A stretch of 64,000 bases of DNA from the NCBI GenBank assembly GCA_039189765.1, contig JBCCYL010000011.1, forward strand, positions 1-64,000, read 5' to 3'. The DNA is from Cyanobacteria bacterium P01_F01_bin.150 (lineage in GTDB: Bacteria; Cyanobacteriota; Cyanobacteriia; CAKZMO01). Each line of letters starts with the position of its first letter. Position 1 is the first letter of the stretch. Below the pieces are notes generated by a model. It did not search any database, had not been told where the DNA came from, and saw only the letters and a list, made by a program, of their open reading frames with translations. Below are positions 19,180-28,491 of the stretch, piece by piece. A program made the translations under genes and the position numbers.

Positions 19180-20313
19180 TTATCTTTCAGTAAAGCCCAA
19201 AGCCCCATGTCGTAGTGCTTTATCAAACAGGTTAGTTAGTTCACTTGTAGTGACTTTGACTTGTTTTTGGTGGGATTTGGGATTGTATAGGTCTACAGTA
19301 CGATAGCCCTGAGCAAGAATAGTGTTTTGGAGCGATCGCACCCTCTCCGCTGCCCGATATTCCCCCCACTGGTCCAGCATCAAAACCGCTCCAGCCAGGG
19401 TGCCCAGAGGATTGGCAATCCCCTTTCCAGCAATATCAGGAGCGGTGCCATGGACCGCTTCGTACAGGCCAAAGCCGCTGGCATTGAGGCTGGCAGAACC
19501 CAGGAGTCCAATGGAACTTGCGATCGCCCCTCCCAAATCGCTTAAAATATCGCCAAACAAATTGCCTGCCACAATCACATCAAAATCCTGAGGCCGCCTC
19601 ACTAACTGCATCGCCAAATTATCCACCAGCATGGGTTCGACAGTGACCTCCGGAAACGCCTGAGCCTCTTCCTGCACCAGTGTTGTCCAGGGAATCTGGG
19701 GCAGAGCATTTTCCTTGTGTGCAACAGTAAGATGACCACGACGATTGTGAGCGTAGTTAAGGGCCACCCGCGCAATCCGACGAATATCGGTATCACCATA
19801 GCGCATGATGTGAAAGCCATAGGCACCTTGGTTATCAATACCACGGCCAGCTTCGCCAAAATAAATACCACTGACCAGCTCGCGCACAAATAGCAGGTCC
19901 ACATCCTTTAGCCGCTCTGCTTTGATAGGAGAGGCGTAACCTAAGTGGGGCGATGGACGTACAGGCCGAAGATTAATAAAAAAATCAAAATGTCGCCGCA
20001 GTTCCAGCAGTCCCCCTTTGGTAACGGATCCAAACAGAATACCGTTCGTTCCCCGACACTTTTTCAAGGTCTCCGCTGGCAGAGGACTGCCAAATTTTTC
20101 CTGGGCCGCTGCCCCAATCCAGCCGTGGTCTACGGTTAGGCTAAAGCCTTCTACTTCTGCCAGGGTCTGCAAAATAGTTAAACAGGCATTGACCACTTCA
20201 GGCCCAATGCCTTCCCCCGGCAGGGCAACGATGCGGTACTTGCGGGAATGCTCGGGGTGGGACTGTTTGGGCTGAGGCAATTGCACAGGGCGTTCGGCAG
20301 AAAAATCATGCAT
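19180..20313 (-). CDS. Isopropylmalate-dehydrogenase-family enzyme, HphB-like (not canonical LeuB)
   Basis: PGEGIGPEV, NLFGDILSD, HGTAPDIAG; atypical FGSVTKGGLLELR and VAHKENAL. Confidence 0.8.
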   Translation of the reverse strand: MHDFSAERPVQLPQPKQSHPEHSRKYRIVALPGEGIGPEVVNACLTILQTLAEVEGFSLTVDHGWIGAAAQEKFGSPLPAETLKKCRGTNGILFGSVTKGGLLELRRHFDFFINLRPVRPSPHLGYASPIKAERLKDVDLLFVRELVSGIYFGEAGRGIDNQGAYGFHIMRYGDTDIRRIARVALNYAHNRRGHLTVAHKENALPQIPWTTLVQEEAQAFPEVTVEPMLVDNLAMQLVRRPQDFDVIVAGNLFGDILSDLGGAIASSIGLLGSASLNASGFGLYEAVHGTAPDIAGKGIANPLGTLAGAVLMLDQWGEYRAAERVRSLQNTILAQGYRTVDLYNPKSHQKQVKVTTSELTNLFDKALRHGALGFTER

Positions 20314-20460
20314 ATCTCTAAGCTGAACCGTTCAGACGATTATGGGCAATGGACTGTCAATTTGTGAATGCGACGATGCAAGCCATAAAATAGTAGACGA
20401 AGGCGAAATGCTTTTACTCTCCCTATCAGTAATTATTTTGATGATCCAAACAATTTTCCT

Positions 20461-21042
20461 ATGACAGCCTTCACCATTGCGATCGAATCTGTTGGTGTTT
20501 TAACAGATGATGCGTTTTATCAGCTTTGTCTGGCTAATCCTGATATTAAATTTGAGCGTTCAGCCAAAGGAGAACTGATTGTTATGCCACCAACTGGAGG
20601 CGAAAGTGGTCGCCGTAATGCCGATATTACAATTGATCTGGGGTATTGGAATCGTAAGTGTCAGTTAGGATACACCTTTGATTCATCCACTTGCTTTAAA
20701 TTACCTAATGGAGCAGAGCGGTCTCCCGATACGGCCTGGATTGAGCGTAGCCGCTGGGAATCATTAAGTCTCGAAGACCGCAGAAAATTTCCTCCCCTTG
20801 CGCCTGATTTTGTGATTGAGTTACGGTCTGCGACCGATCACCTAGCTCCCCTCCAAGCCAAAATGAGGGAATATCAAGCGAACGGCGTTCGTCTCGGGTG
20901 GCTAATTAATCCTCAAGATAAAATCGTCGAAATTTATCGATTAGGGCAGGCCATTGACGTTCAAACGTCTGTTACATCGCTTTCTGGAGAAAAGATTCTA
21001 CCGGGTTTTGTTCTGGAACTCGATCGCATTTTCGCCCCATAA
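20461..21042 (+). CDS. Uma2-family PD-(D/E)xK endonuclease
   Basis: RSPDTAWI, APDFVIELRS, GVRLGWLINP. Confidence 0.9.
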   Translation: MTAFTIAIESVGVLTDDAFYQLCLANPDIKFERSAKGELIVMPPTGGESGRRNADITIDLGYWNRKCQLGYTFDSSTCFKLPNGAERSPDTAWIERSRWESLSLEDRRKFPPLAPDFVIELRSATDHLAPLQAKMREYQANGVRLGWLINPQDKIVEIYRLGQAIDVQTSVTSLSGEKILPGFVLELDRIFAP

Positions 21043-21226
21043 ACCAATTTTTTTCATGTAGGACGCGCGATAACGTAATTATTAGTAAATTTAGTGATGC
21101 TTGCGAAACGCGATGGAACCTTTCACATCACTGAAAAAATGTACGTTAAGCAAGTCAGAAAACTTCTTGGCTTTTCTAATAATGATATTGAAGAAGTGAT
21201 GGCTATGTGAAGATTAGACTGATTCC

Positions 21227-21778
21227 TTAAATTGGAATATCCACAAGTGATGCCACCTCAATCGCTACGTTGGGAAATGCAACAGGGTAAATAATACCTT
21301 TCGGGAGAGATTGCTCACTAAGAAACTCACCGTTTTGCAGATCGGTAAACGCAATTAATTCCCTTTTTTCCACATTAATCACCCAATATTCCTGGATGCC
21401 TGCTGCCGCATATACCTGCTTTTTGACGGTCAAATCATAGTTCAGCGTGGTATCCGCCACCTCAATCAGCCAGTAGATATCATCTGGATAGGGATGGTGC
21501 TGCAAATATTGGGTAGCTGGAAGACGCACGATCGCAATATCCGGCTGGGGTTCAGAAGTCGCTAAAGTGATGGGGTGGGCCTCGAAGATTTTTGCTTTAT
21601 CTCGCAATATCCGCCGCAAATATTCTGCACCGCGATCGTTTACAAAGCGGTGAAATTCCCCTTCAGGAGCCATATCCCAAATTTCCCCATTGATTAGCTC
21701 ACAGCAGCGATAATCAAGAATGCCGCGATCACGCATCTGATGATAATCCTCTAAAGACCAGCGGGTCAGTGTTCGCAT
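21227..21778 (-). CDS. Uma2-family endonuclease
   Basis: SEPQPDIAIV, LIEVADTTL, YAAAGIQEYWVI. Confidence 0.9.
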   Translation of the reverse strand: MRTLTRWSLEDYHQMRDRGILDYRCCELINGEIWDMAPEGEFHRFVNDRGAEYLRRILRDKAKIFEAHPITLATSEPQPDIAIVRLPATQYLQHHPYPDDIYWLIEVADTTLNYDLTVKKQVYAAAGIQEYWVINVEKRELIAFTDLQNGEFLSEQSLPKGIIYPVAFPNVAIEVASLVDIPI

Positions 21779-21959
21779 GATTTAATCCCCTATTACCCCC
21801 CAGGCATTATGTTTGGTGCCATAAGTCGATCATACGCGATCGCACTTAACTCATACTGCTCCTTCTGACTTTGCAGAGCGGATGTTTATATACCATTATC
21901 GCCCACGTGACCAATACAATCGCTCCATTGCCAGTTTGGCCGTTTTAGCCAGAATGAGC

Positions 21960-23690
21960 CTAATCAATACTAACGCCACCAAAGGTCGTGGGGCGCTTGT
22001 GTCCAGATAGGGGAGCGGTCTTAATTTTGCGGTCTTCCTGACGATGTGCTTCAAAATAACCCTGCCACATTTCGGGAGCATCCAGGGTTTCACCGCCATG
22101 GGTCGTCAATCGTTTTCTCACCTGACACAGCACCGGAGTATTAACACAGGCTCCAGCAATAATCACCTGGCCCTTGGTCAGCGCTGGTAGCTCCTTGAGT
22201 AAATCTCGTCCCGCAGCCTCGACTCCATACTTGAGGCTGTCCTGGTCGCTGGGATTAACGATCCGCATCAAAAACTGACTCATGCACTGGGACAGCACAT
22301 CGGAATCTAGCTTGCCTGGTCGCTGGGTAATTAGTCCCACCCCCAAGCCAAACTTACGGCCCTCGCTTAAAATCGTCCGCAAAATCATCTTGCAGCGGGA
22401 CGGTTCATGGGCCGGAGCAAAACGGTGTGCTTCCTCCAGCAAAATAAACACAGGATAGGGCAAATAGTTTTCATCCCCCGGCTCAATCTTTTCTTTCTGG
22501 GTATCCATTCGAGCGCTGGATGCCTGGCGTAACACCGCCGCACAGATCACCTGCTGCTCCTCCTGGCTAATTTCATTCATTTGCAGCACTGTCACCTGCC
22601 CTGGCTCAAATAAATCCTTGGGGGACAAATGCTGCTGGGGGTCAAAATAGTCGGATCGTGCCAGCTTTTCCAGCTTCCACTCAATGGCAGGGGCCGAGGA
22701 CCCCACCCGTTCAATCCCCTCTTCGTCCTGGCTGGTGTCGGCTTCGTATACCGCTGCAATTAAATCCTGTACCGCCCAGCGATAATCGCCCTTACGATGT
22801 TTTTTCAGCAGGGCAAAGGCTTTGTTGAGGATGGCCTGTTGGCGATCGCTCATGGTTGGCAGCAGCGTCAAAATATCGTAGTAGTCCAGCGATGAAATCC
22901 GGATGCGCACATCGTCTGGTTTCAGCACATTCACCTTTGGCGAGTAGCCGTCTTCCCCCTCAAAGGCCGGATGTCCCCTCATATCCGCCAGGGTACCGTA
23001 TTCACCGTGGGGGTCAAAAATTAGCACCGCCGCCCGATTTTGAGGACTCATAAATTCCTCCACCAGTACCCCAGCGGTGTAGGACTTTCCTGAGCCTGTG
23101 CCTGCCAGGATAGCCATATGGGTACTAGCTACTTCTTTTACATCCAGGGCAATCGGCACTGCCCCTGCATCCCGCAGCAACAAATGGCCAATACGAGCCG
23201 AACCGACGGTACCCGGTACCCGCTTATTTAGTACCTGCTCTAGCATGACATCGTCTGCTAAACAGACCTTGGTTCCTGGCTGGGGCGCTTGACGAGGGTT
23301 GACAAAACCAAGATTTTTATCAAAATAGCCCACCACATCCACGGTGACTTCGTAAATCGCTGGATTGGGGTCGGTAAACCCGACAATGGCTGCAATGGTC
23401 TCTGGGTTAATTTCCGTATCGGCGAAGATGCGATCGGGTAAGTGGTCAATCAGGCGACGATCGGATATTTTGCCCAGAATTTGCAAGTATTTTAGTGAAG
23501 GACTTTTGCCATTTTGAGAAGACTGATGGGGAGGCTGATTGGGATTCAACACTTCATAAAATACAAACTCCCCAATCCTCACATGGCGATTGTCGGAGGT
23601 AATAAATACATACTGATTCCCATTTTCCCCTGGACCTTTGACGGTGCCAATGGCATGGGTAGGAGTGGATGCGTTTTGTAAGGTGGGCAT
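21960..23690 (-). CDS. HerA-like ATPase (HAS-barrel + DUF87); start uncertain (ORF extends to 23735)
   Basis: HMAILAGTGSGKS Walker A, FDPHGEY, LEEAHRF Walker B, EGRKFG, TQRPGKLD. Confidence 0.85.
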   Translation of the reverse strand: MPTLQNASTPTHAIGTVKGPGENGNQYVFITSDNRHVRIGEFVFYEVLNPNQPPHQSSQNGKSPSLKYLQILGKISDRRLIDHLPDRIFADTEINPETIAAIVGFTDPNPAIYEVTVDVVGYFDKNLGFVNPRQAPQPGTKVCLADDVMLEQVLNKRVPGTVGSARIGHLLLRDAGAVPIALDVKEVASTHMAILAGTGSGKSYTAGVLVEEFMSPQNRAAVLIFDPHGEYGTLADMRGHPAFEGEDGYSPKVNVLKPDDVRIRISSLDYYDILTLLPTMSDRQQAILNKAFALLKKHRKGDYRWAVQDLIAAVYEADTSQDEEGIERVGSSAPAIEWKLEKLARSDYFDPQQHLSPKDLFEPGQVTVLQMNEISQEEQQVICAAVLRQASSARMDTQKEKIEPGDENYLPYPVFILLEEAHRFAPAHEPSRCKMILRTILSEGRKFGLGVGLITQRPGKLDSDVLSQCMSQFLMRIVNPSDQDSLKYGVEAAGRDLLKELPALTKGQVIIAGACVNTPVLCQVRKRLTTHGGETLDAPEMWQGYFEAHRQEDRKIKTAPLSGHKRPTTFGGVSID

Positions 23691-23862
23691 GGCAGCGCTA
23701 AGCCGTAACAAAGACCAAGATCGCGTAGCTGGCATTAGTTTAGTACAAAGCCTTTAGGATAATAGCGCCTCTGGTTCAAAACTGACGGAGAAACCGGATT
23801 TTTTACGGATTTTGACTTAAGCCTACCTGGCGACCCAGATCCCAAATGGTTCTCAAAGAACC

Positions 23863-23931
23863 CTCCTAAGAAACACGACGTGTTTCTTGCATTTTGAACG
23901 TGTTGTGTCGGCTTCGCCGACACAACACGTT
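23863..23931. repeat. Dispersed palindromic repeat, copy 2 (two hairpins)
   Basis: AAGAAACACG-A-CGTGTTTCTT and AACGTGTTGTGTCGGC-TTC-GCCGACACAACACGTT; matches the copy at 32-76 in reverse orientation. Confidence 0.85.
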
Positions 23932-25252
23932 AGAGGCTTAGATGAGCCAAAATTTTTGTGATTACAGGAAGCTTTGCCTTGCTGCCAAAATCGAAAGATT
24001 TTATTTTCTCTACAATCTCCGGGTTAGGTTGATAGGCATCAAGATTATCAGATATCCAACAGGTTCCCACGCTCCAACGAATTACATCTATTAATAGTTC
24101 ATCGCTCAATCCCATATTTTTCCCTAGGTGATTGGCTTCTCCTAAGCTTAAATAATTGATGTACGCCAGAAAATCTGTGAGGGACTTAGCAATATCCATC
24201 AACGTCCCATCTTCTAAAGCTTCTGGATAGTCGTACTCTAACTGATAGGGTAAAGGCTTAGTTCGACCGAAATGGTCCGTTACTCTCTCCGTTGAATGAA
24301 CATAACTGCGATCGAGGCCATAGGGAGAAGGAGCCGTAAAGTTAGGGAGTCTTAAATCAATATTATTATCTTCTTCGATTAATTTAGTGACCTTCACATG
24401 ATTATCGTTGGGGGGATCATATTTTTGTCCAGCCTCTCGGTAACGTTCCTCAATAATTCTACCGATGGGTAAAGGAACCTCTAATTCATCGGCTAAGTTT
24501 ACGGTTAAATCCGTGTCTTTGACCGTAATTTCTAAAGAGCAAGAGTAGTCATAACTGCCATCAAAAATAAAAGGGCTTACTTGCTCAGTTACGACACTAT
24601 TTCCCTTAGATGCTCGGATATAATCCCACAGCCAAAGCAATGGAATCCCATTGGTCTTGGCAATCATATAGACTTCTCCAAGAGCCACCATCTGAGTGTA
24701 GAACAGCAAATTAGTGAGCAGCTTTACGGTTTGCGCTTCGCCAATAGTATCGCTGACAAAAAAGGAAATTTTGCCCATAGAATTCAAGGCATCCTCACTC
24801 AGGTCATAGCCTTCTTTATCACCACTGACGTAGAAGCTAACGTTGCAAAAATCTACCCCCATGTGAGAAAGATTGCTCACCGGAGACTCTAGGCTGAATA
24901 CCCCTTGCTTAGCTGCTTCTTTCGCAATATGTTGAGTGTTATGGTAATCAGTTGTAGAAAAATCCAACCACGTTGCACCAGGCTTCATTCCTTCAAGGGC
25001 ACCAGGCTTATCGTGGCCTAACATATTTTCTAAAACATGGTGAGGTAGGGGCAAATTGGTAATAACTAAGTCAGCATCTTTTGCAGCATCTTTGGGACTA
25101 TCTTTCCAAATCGCCCCTGCTGCCACAACTGAATCAGCAGCGTCTCGATACTTGTCATAAACCTGAACTTGATATCCATCTTTAAGCAACTTAAAAATTT
25201 GCTGCTTCCCCATAGCACCTGTACCAATATATGCAATCTTTTGTTTGTTCAT
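23930..25252 (-). CDS. NAD(P)-dependent oxidoreductase, 3-hydroxyisobutyrate/6PGD-like, with C-terminal extension
   Basis: YIGTGAMG Rossmann motif, DFST, VKLLTNLL, KD..L. Confidence 0.8.
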   Translation of the reverse strand: MNKQKIAYIGTGAMGKQQIFKLLKDGYQVQVYDKYRDAADSVVAAGAIWKDSPKDAAKDADLVITNLPLPHHVLENMLGHDKPGALEGMKPGATWLDFSTTDYHNTQHIAKEAAKQGVFSLESPVSNLSHMGVDFCNVSFYVSGDKEGYDLSEDALNSMGKISFFVSDTIGEAQTVKLLTNLLFYTQMVALGEVYMIAKTNGIPLLWLWDYIRASKGNSVVTEQVSPFIFDGSYDYSCSLEITVKDTDLTVNLADELEVPLPIGRIIEERYREAGQKYDPPNDNHVKVTKLIEEDNNIDLRLPNFTAPSPYGLDRSYVHSTERVTDHFGRTKPLPYQLEYDYPEALEDGTLMDIAKSLTDFLAYINYLSLGEANHLGKNMGLSDELLIDVIRWSVGTCWISDNLDAYQPNPEIVEKIKSFDFGSKAKLPVITKILAHLSL

Positions 25253-25356
25253 AACGTGTTATCAACCAAAATATTTACACTACCTTCGCCTAATGGAGTA
25301 GGGGAAAAAATCCGTACTCTTCTTTCCTAAATTTCATAATTGACAATTGTTCATTG

Positions 25357-26232
25357 TCAGTTGAGGCTGTGAGCAATAACTTCCCCATCTTTTAGAGTTT
25401 TAAGCAATCGGCCACCAAGATCACTTTGAACATCATTACCCGTAGAATTTAATAGAAAATAAGTTCCTTCAACAGATTTCTGAGAGTATCGAGAGTTACT
25501 TCCGATAAAGCGTATCACATATGCCATTCTTGATGGGAATAATCCTTTATTTAAAGGGCAGCTTCTATGCCAAATAGTTTTGTCCAACAAAAGAACGTCG
25601 CCTAGAGCAAAATCATCTTCTATTTTATTTTCTTCTAGAACTAAATTTTCAAATTTAGAGGCATACTGAAAGTTAACATCTTGCAGAGAATCAGCCTGAT
25701 AAGAATCAGGAAAATTCTTACTTGTTGCTAGTCGATAAGCAAGATTAAAATAATAACGGGCGGAATGAACTTGACGAGATACATATGCCAGACCTCCGTG
25801 TTGTTTTTGGGTATCAATGGGAATAAGAGGTATCCAGAGAGTATACCCAAAATCATCAGGCCTAGTGTAGCAGAAAGAATAGATATCATGATGCCAGGGA
25901 AATCCTGATTGAGCCACTTCTACCTCGAATCCTATACCTTGCATAAAGGTTAGCTCTTGGCTTGTTAACTTGTTAAGAATATCTTTAAATATCTTGGACG
26001 AATATATATTTTGTACTATCGAGCCATCGATATCATAACCAATTTTTGACAATTCCCCAGAGTAGACGTCTGGAGGGATTGTCATTTGATTAGAATTACG
26101 AGTGAGATTGCGTAATTCATCAACAGCATCTAAAGTCAATAAATTTTTTATTTTAATAAAGCCATGATCGGCAAAAAACTGAGTCTCTTCTTCTGATATG
26201 GTGACTGCATTCACCGGTGATTTCATGTTCAT
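25357..26232 (-). CDS. Phytanoyl-CoA dioxygenase family Fe(II)/2-OG oxygenase
   Basis: FFADHGFIKI, WHHD, LWIPL, GDVLL...WHRS..., R.AYVIRF. Confidence 0.8.
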   Translation of the reverse strand: MNMKSPVNAVTISEEETQFFADHGFIKIKNLLTLDAVDELRNLTRNSNQMTIPPDVYSGELSKIGYDIDGSIVQNIYSSKIFKDILNKLTSQELTFMQGIGFEVEVAQSGFPWHHDIYSFCYTRPDDFGYTLWIPLIPIDTQKQHGGLAYVSRQVHSARYYFNLAYRLATSKNFPDSYQADSLQDVNFQYASKFENLVLEENKIEDDFALGDVLLLDKTIWHRSCPLNKGLFPSRMAYVIRFIGSNSRYSQKSVEGTYFLLNSTGNDVQSDLGGRLLKTLKDGEVIAHSLN

Positions 26233-26494
26233 CTTAAAATCATCTAAGAGTGTAGCTCTGATGATTTTTACATTTTAATTGAAAAGGTAATTAATATTTA
26301 ACCCTAATATTATATTTGCATATAAAAATCCTGGTTGAGTTCTGAATAAAAACATTGAATGTGAGAATTAAGGTTTAATCGAAGATGAACATATCGAGAG
26401 AATGAGGATGCGGAGGGTTTCAGGGTCTCTCTTGAAATTCAAAAAATATGAGATAGCTGTTCTCTATCACCACGTTTAAAAATTAAATGAATTA

Positions 26495-27559
26495 CTATAT
26501 CTTAATAACTACCTTTCCGCAGAAATCTTTGCTTTGGAAAAATTTCTGTGCCAATTTTATTTCCTCAAGTCCAAAGACTTTTGAAACAATGGGCTTTAAC
26601 TTATTCTGATTAATATAGTTAATAAGACCTTGAAAGATGGTTGGCGTCATTTGTGTAGCACCCATCATCTCTAGATCTTTGTAAATAAGTTCTCGTAAAT
26701 CAAGCTCCACTAGTGGCCCAGCAATGGCACCACAAGTTATGTAGCGTCCCCCTATTTGCAGCTGTTTCAAGAGCTGAGAAAAATATGTTCCGCCAACGGT
26801 ATCCAAATATGCGGTGATTGAATGATTAGCTAAAGCCTGCATAAGATTTTGGTCGCGCCCATAGATAATATCAGCTCCTAACTGTCGTCCGTAATGTTCC
26901 TTATTACGGCTCATAACAGCAATAACTGTTGCGCCTCGCAGCTTGCTCAACTGAACAAGAGCACTACCAACTCCTCCAGACGCCCCCATAATTAGCACTG
27001 TGTCCGCAGCCGTAACACGCCCCTTAACCAGCATATTTTCAGCGGTGGAATAAGCACAGGGAAAACATGCAAGTTCAACATCAGACAGAGATGAGCTGAC
27101 GGGATAGACATTCAATGCAGGGATTGCAGCATATTCTGCAAAACCACCGTCTAGTTCGCTGCCAACGTAGCGATCGCTCTTTCCATCCTGACTCCGAATC
27201 CACGGATCCACAATGACCCTCTGACCAATGATGACAGGGTCAACGTCAGCCCCTACCTCAACGGCGTTGCCAACAATATCTGCACCCTGTATCCGAGGAA
27301 ATTGCACCGAAGTTCTTCCCCAAGCGGTTGAGGTCTCAACAGTCGTCAAAGCCTTATCCTGTAACACCGCCTCAAAGTCACTGTCTGCGGTATACCACCC
27401 CGTTCGAGTGTTTAAATCTGTATTATTTACAGAACAAGCACTTACTTTAATCAGAACCTCATTTTTTTGGGGTACCGGTTTAGAAATTTGAGTGTAGGCC
27501 AGTTTATCTGGACCTCCATGCCCCGTGAGTAGAACGGCTTTCATTAGCTCAATCTCCAT
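26495..27559 (-). CDS. MDR-family (alcohol dehydrogenase/quinone reductase-like) oxidoreductase
   Basis: MKAVLLTGHGG, PRIQGAD, DGGFAEY, GASGGVG, GKVVI. Confidence 0.85.
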   Translation of the reverse strand: MEIELMKAVLLTGHGGPDKLAYTQISKPVPQKNEVLIKVSACSVNNTDLNTRTGWYTADSDFEAVLQDKALTTVETSTAWGRTSVQFPRIQGADIVGNAVEVGADVDPVIIGQRVIVDPWIRSQDGKSDRYVGSELDGGFAEYAAIPALNVYPVSSSLSDVELACFPCAYSTAENMLVKGRVTAADTVLIMGASGGVGSALVQLSKLRGATVIAVMSRNKEHYGRQLGADIIYGRDQNLMQALANHSITAYLDTVGGTYFSQLLKQLQIGGRYITCGAIAGPLVELDLRELIYKDLEMMGATQMTPTIFQGLINYINQNKLKPIVSKVFGLEEIKLAQKFFQSKDFCGKVVIKI

Positions 27560-27794
27560 AGGTTTGCGCAGGTATTTAGATTACAGTGGTTCTAACTGCA
27601 TCTAATACAGCTTTTGTGGGAGGTTTGCACTCCCACAGAAACAAAATTTATTGATGTGGTTGCTTCTGATTGGAGGCGATCGCATCCCTCTTTAAAATCT
27701 GTACTGGAGTCGGCCCATTGGTCATAATACTGATTTACACTTCCAGGGTTTCCAGATGAAAGTTATGGGCCGCTTTAATCGCAATTGGGGGTGC

Positions 27795-27823
27795 TTGACT
27801 CCGGTTAAAAATCAGCCTATTGT
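27795..27823 (+). promoter_or_regulatory. Sigma70-type promoter
   Basis: TTGACT-N17-TATTGT. Confidence 0.55.
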
Positions 27824-28077
27824 CATTGGATATGGCTACGGGAACGTTATCTAGAGCGATCTAGCGGTGACCGTGGTCGTTGGTTCAGAACTCATTGCTT
27901 AGCACTATCGACAGGTGATCGTAACACCATGCCGATAGCTAACCTCCATCTGCGATACCCAGATTGGCGGCTAGGGTTGATTATGCCTTAGCCACCCTGA
28001 TCTTGGCTACCATTTTGGGGTGGCTAGGTTGTGGGTTCTGGTTTCCTCCGTACGCTGTCTATTTGGAGACCAGACTC

Positions 28078-28314
28078 ATGTTTCAAACCCCAGATCAGGG
28101 CGCAGGCGCGTCCACTCCTAGCGGTGCGCCTCCATCACCGTCCTATGAATCCGTTCGCCTGATGCTATTTGGTAGTACCCAAGCCGTGTTGCATACGATC
28201 AAGCTATTGCACAAGCTGAACTATGCAGAGCCAAACGATTGGAGTAAGTCCATTCCCACCGAGAGACCCCGTGAAGTGATGTCAGTGCTAACCAAAAAAG
28301 TGCGGCTACGCTAG
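28078..28314 (+). CDS. Small conserved cyanobacterial hypothetical protein (78 aa)
   Basis: ATG after GGAG; VRLMLFGS..AV.HTIKLLHKLNYAEPNDWSK.IPT.RP.EVMSVLTK resembles a recurrent cyanobacterial small-protein family (recollection). Confidence 0.65.
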   Translation: MFQTPDQGAGASTPSGAPPSPSYESVRLMLFGSTQAVLHTIKLLHKLNYAEPNDWSKSIPTERPREVMSVLTKKVRLR

Positions 28315-28333
28315 TACCGCGTCAGCTTTATTT

Positions 28334-28366
28334 TGAGGGGAAAATCCCTACGGGATTTTCCCCTCA
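28334..28366. terminator. Perfect hairpin, probable terminator
   Basis: TGAGGGGAAAATCCC-TAC-GGGATTTTCCCCTCA. Confidence 0.7.
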
Positions 28367-28491
28367 TTTAGTTCCTGACAGAGTACTAGCTTGCTGAGGG
28401 TGTCAGCAAGATGGGCACAGGATTGGGACCTTTGCCCATCCTCCCTTGTGAAATTACATGGGAGTTTTTAGGATAGGGGCGATCGCCATCA

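Noticed and set aside
23735..23923. 62-aa ORF upstream of HerA
   Set aside because: Runs through the palindromic repeat; not a credible gene
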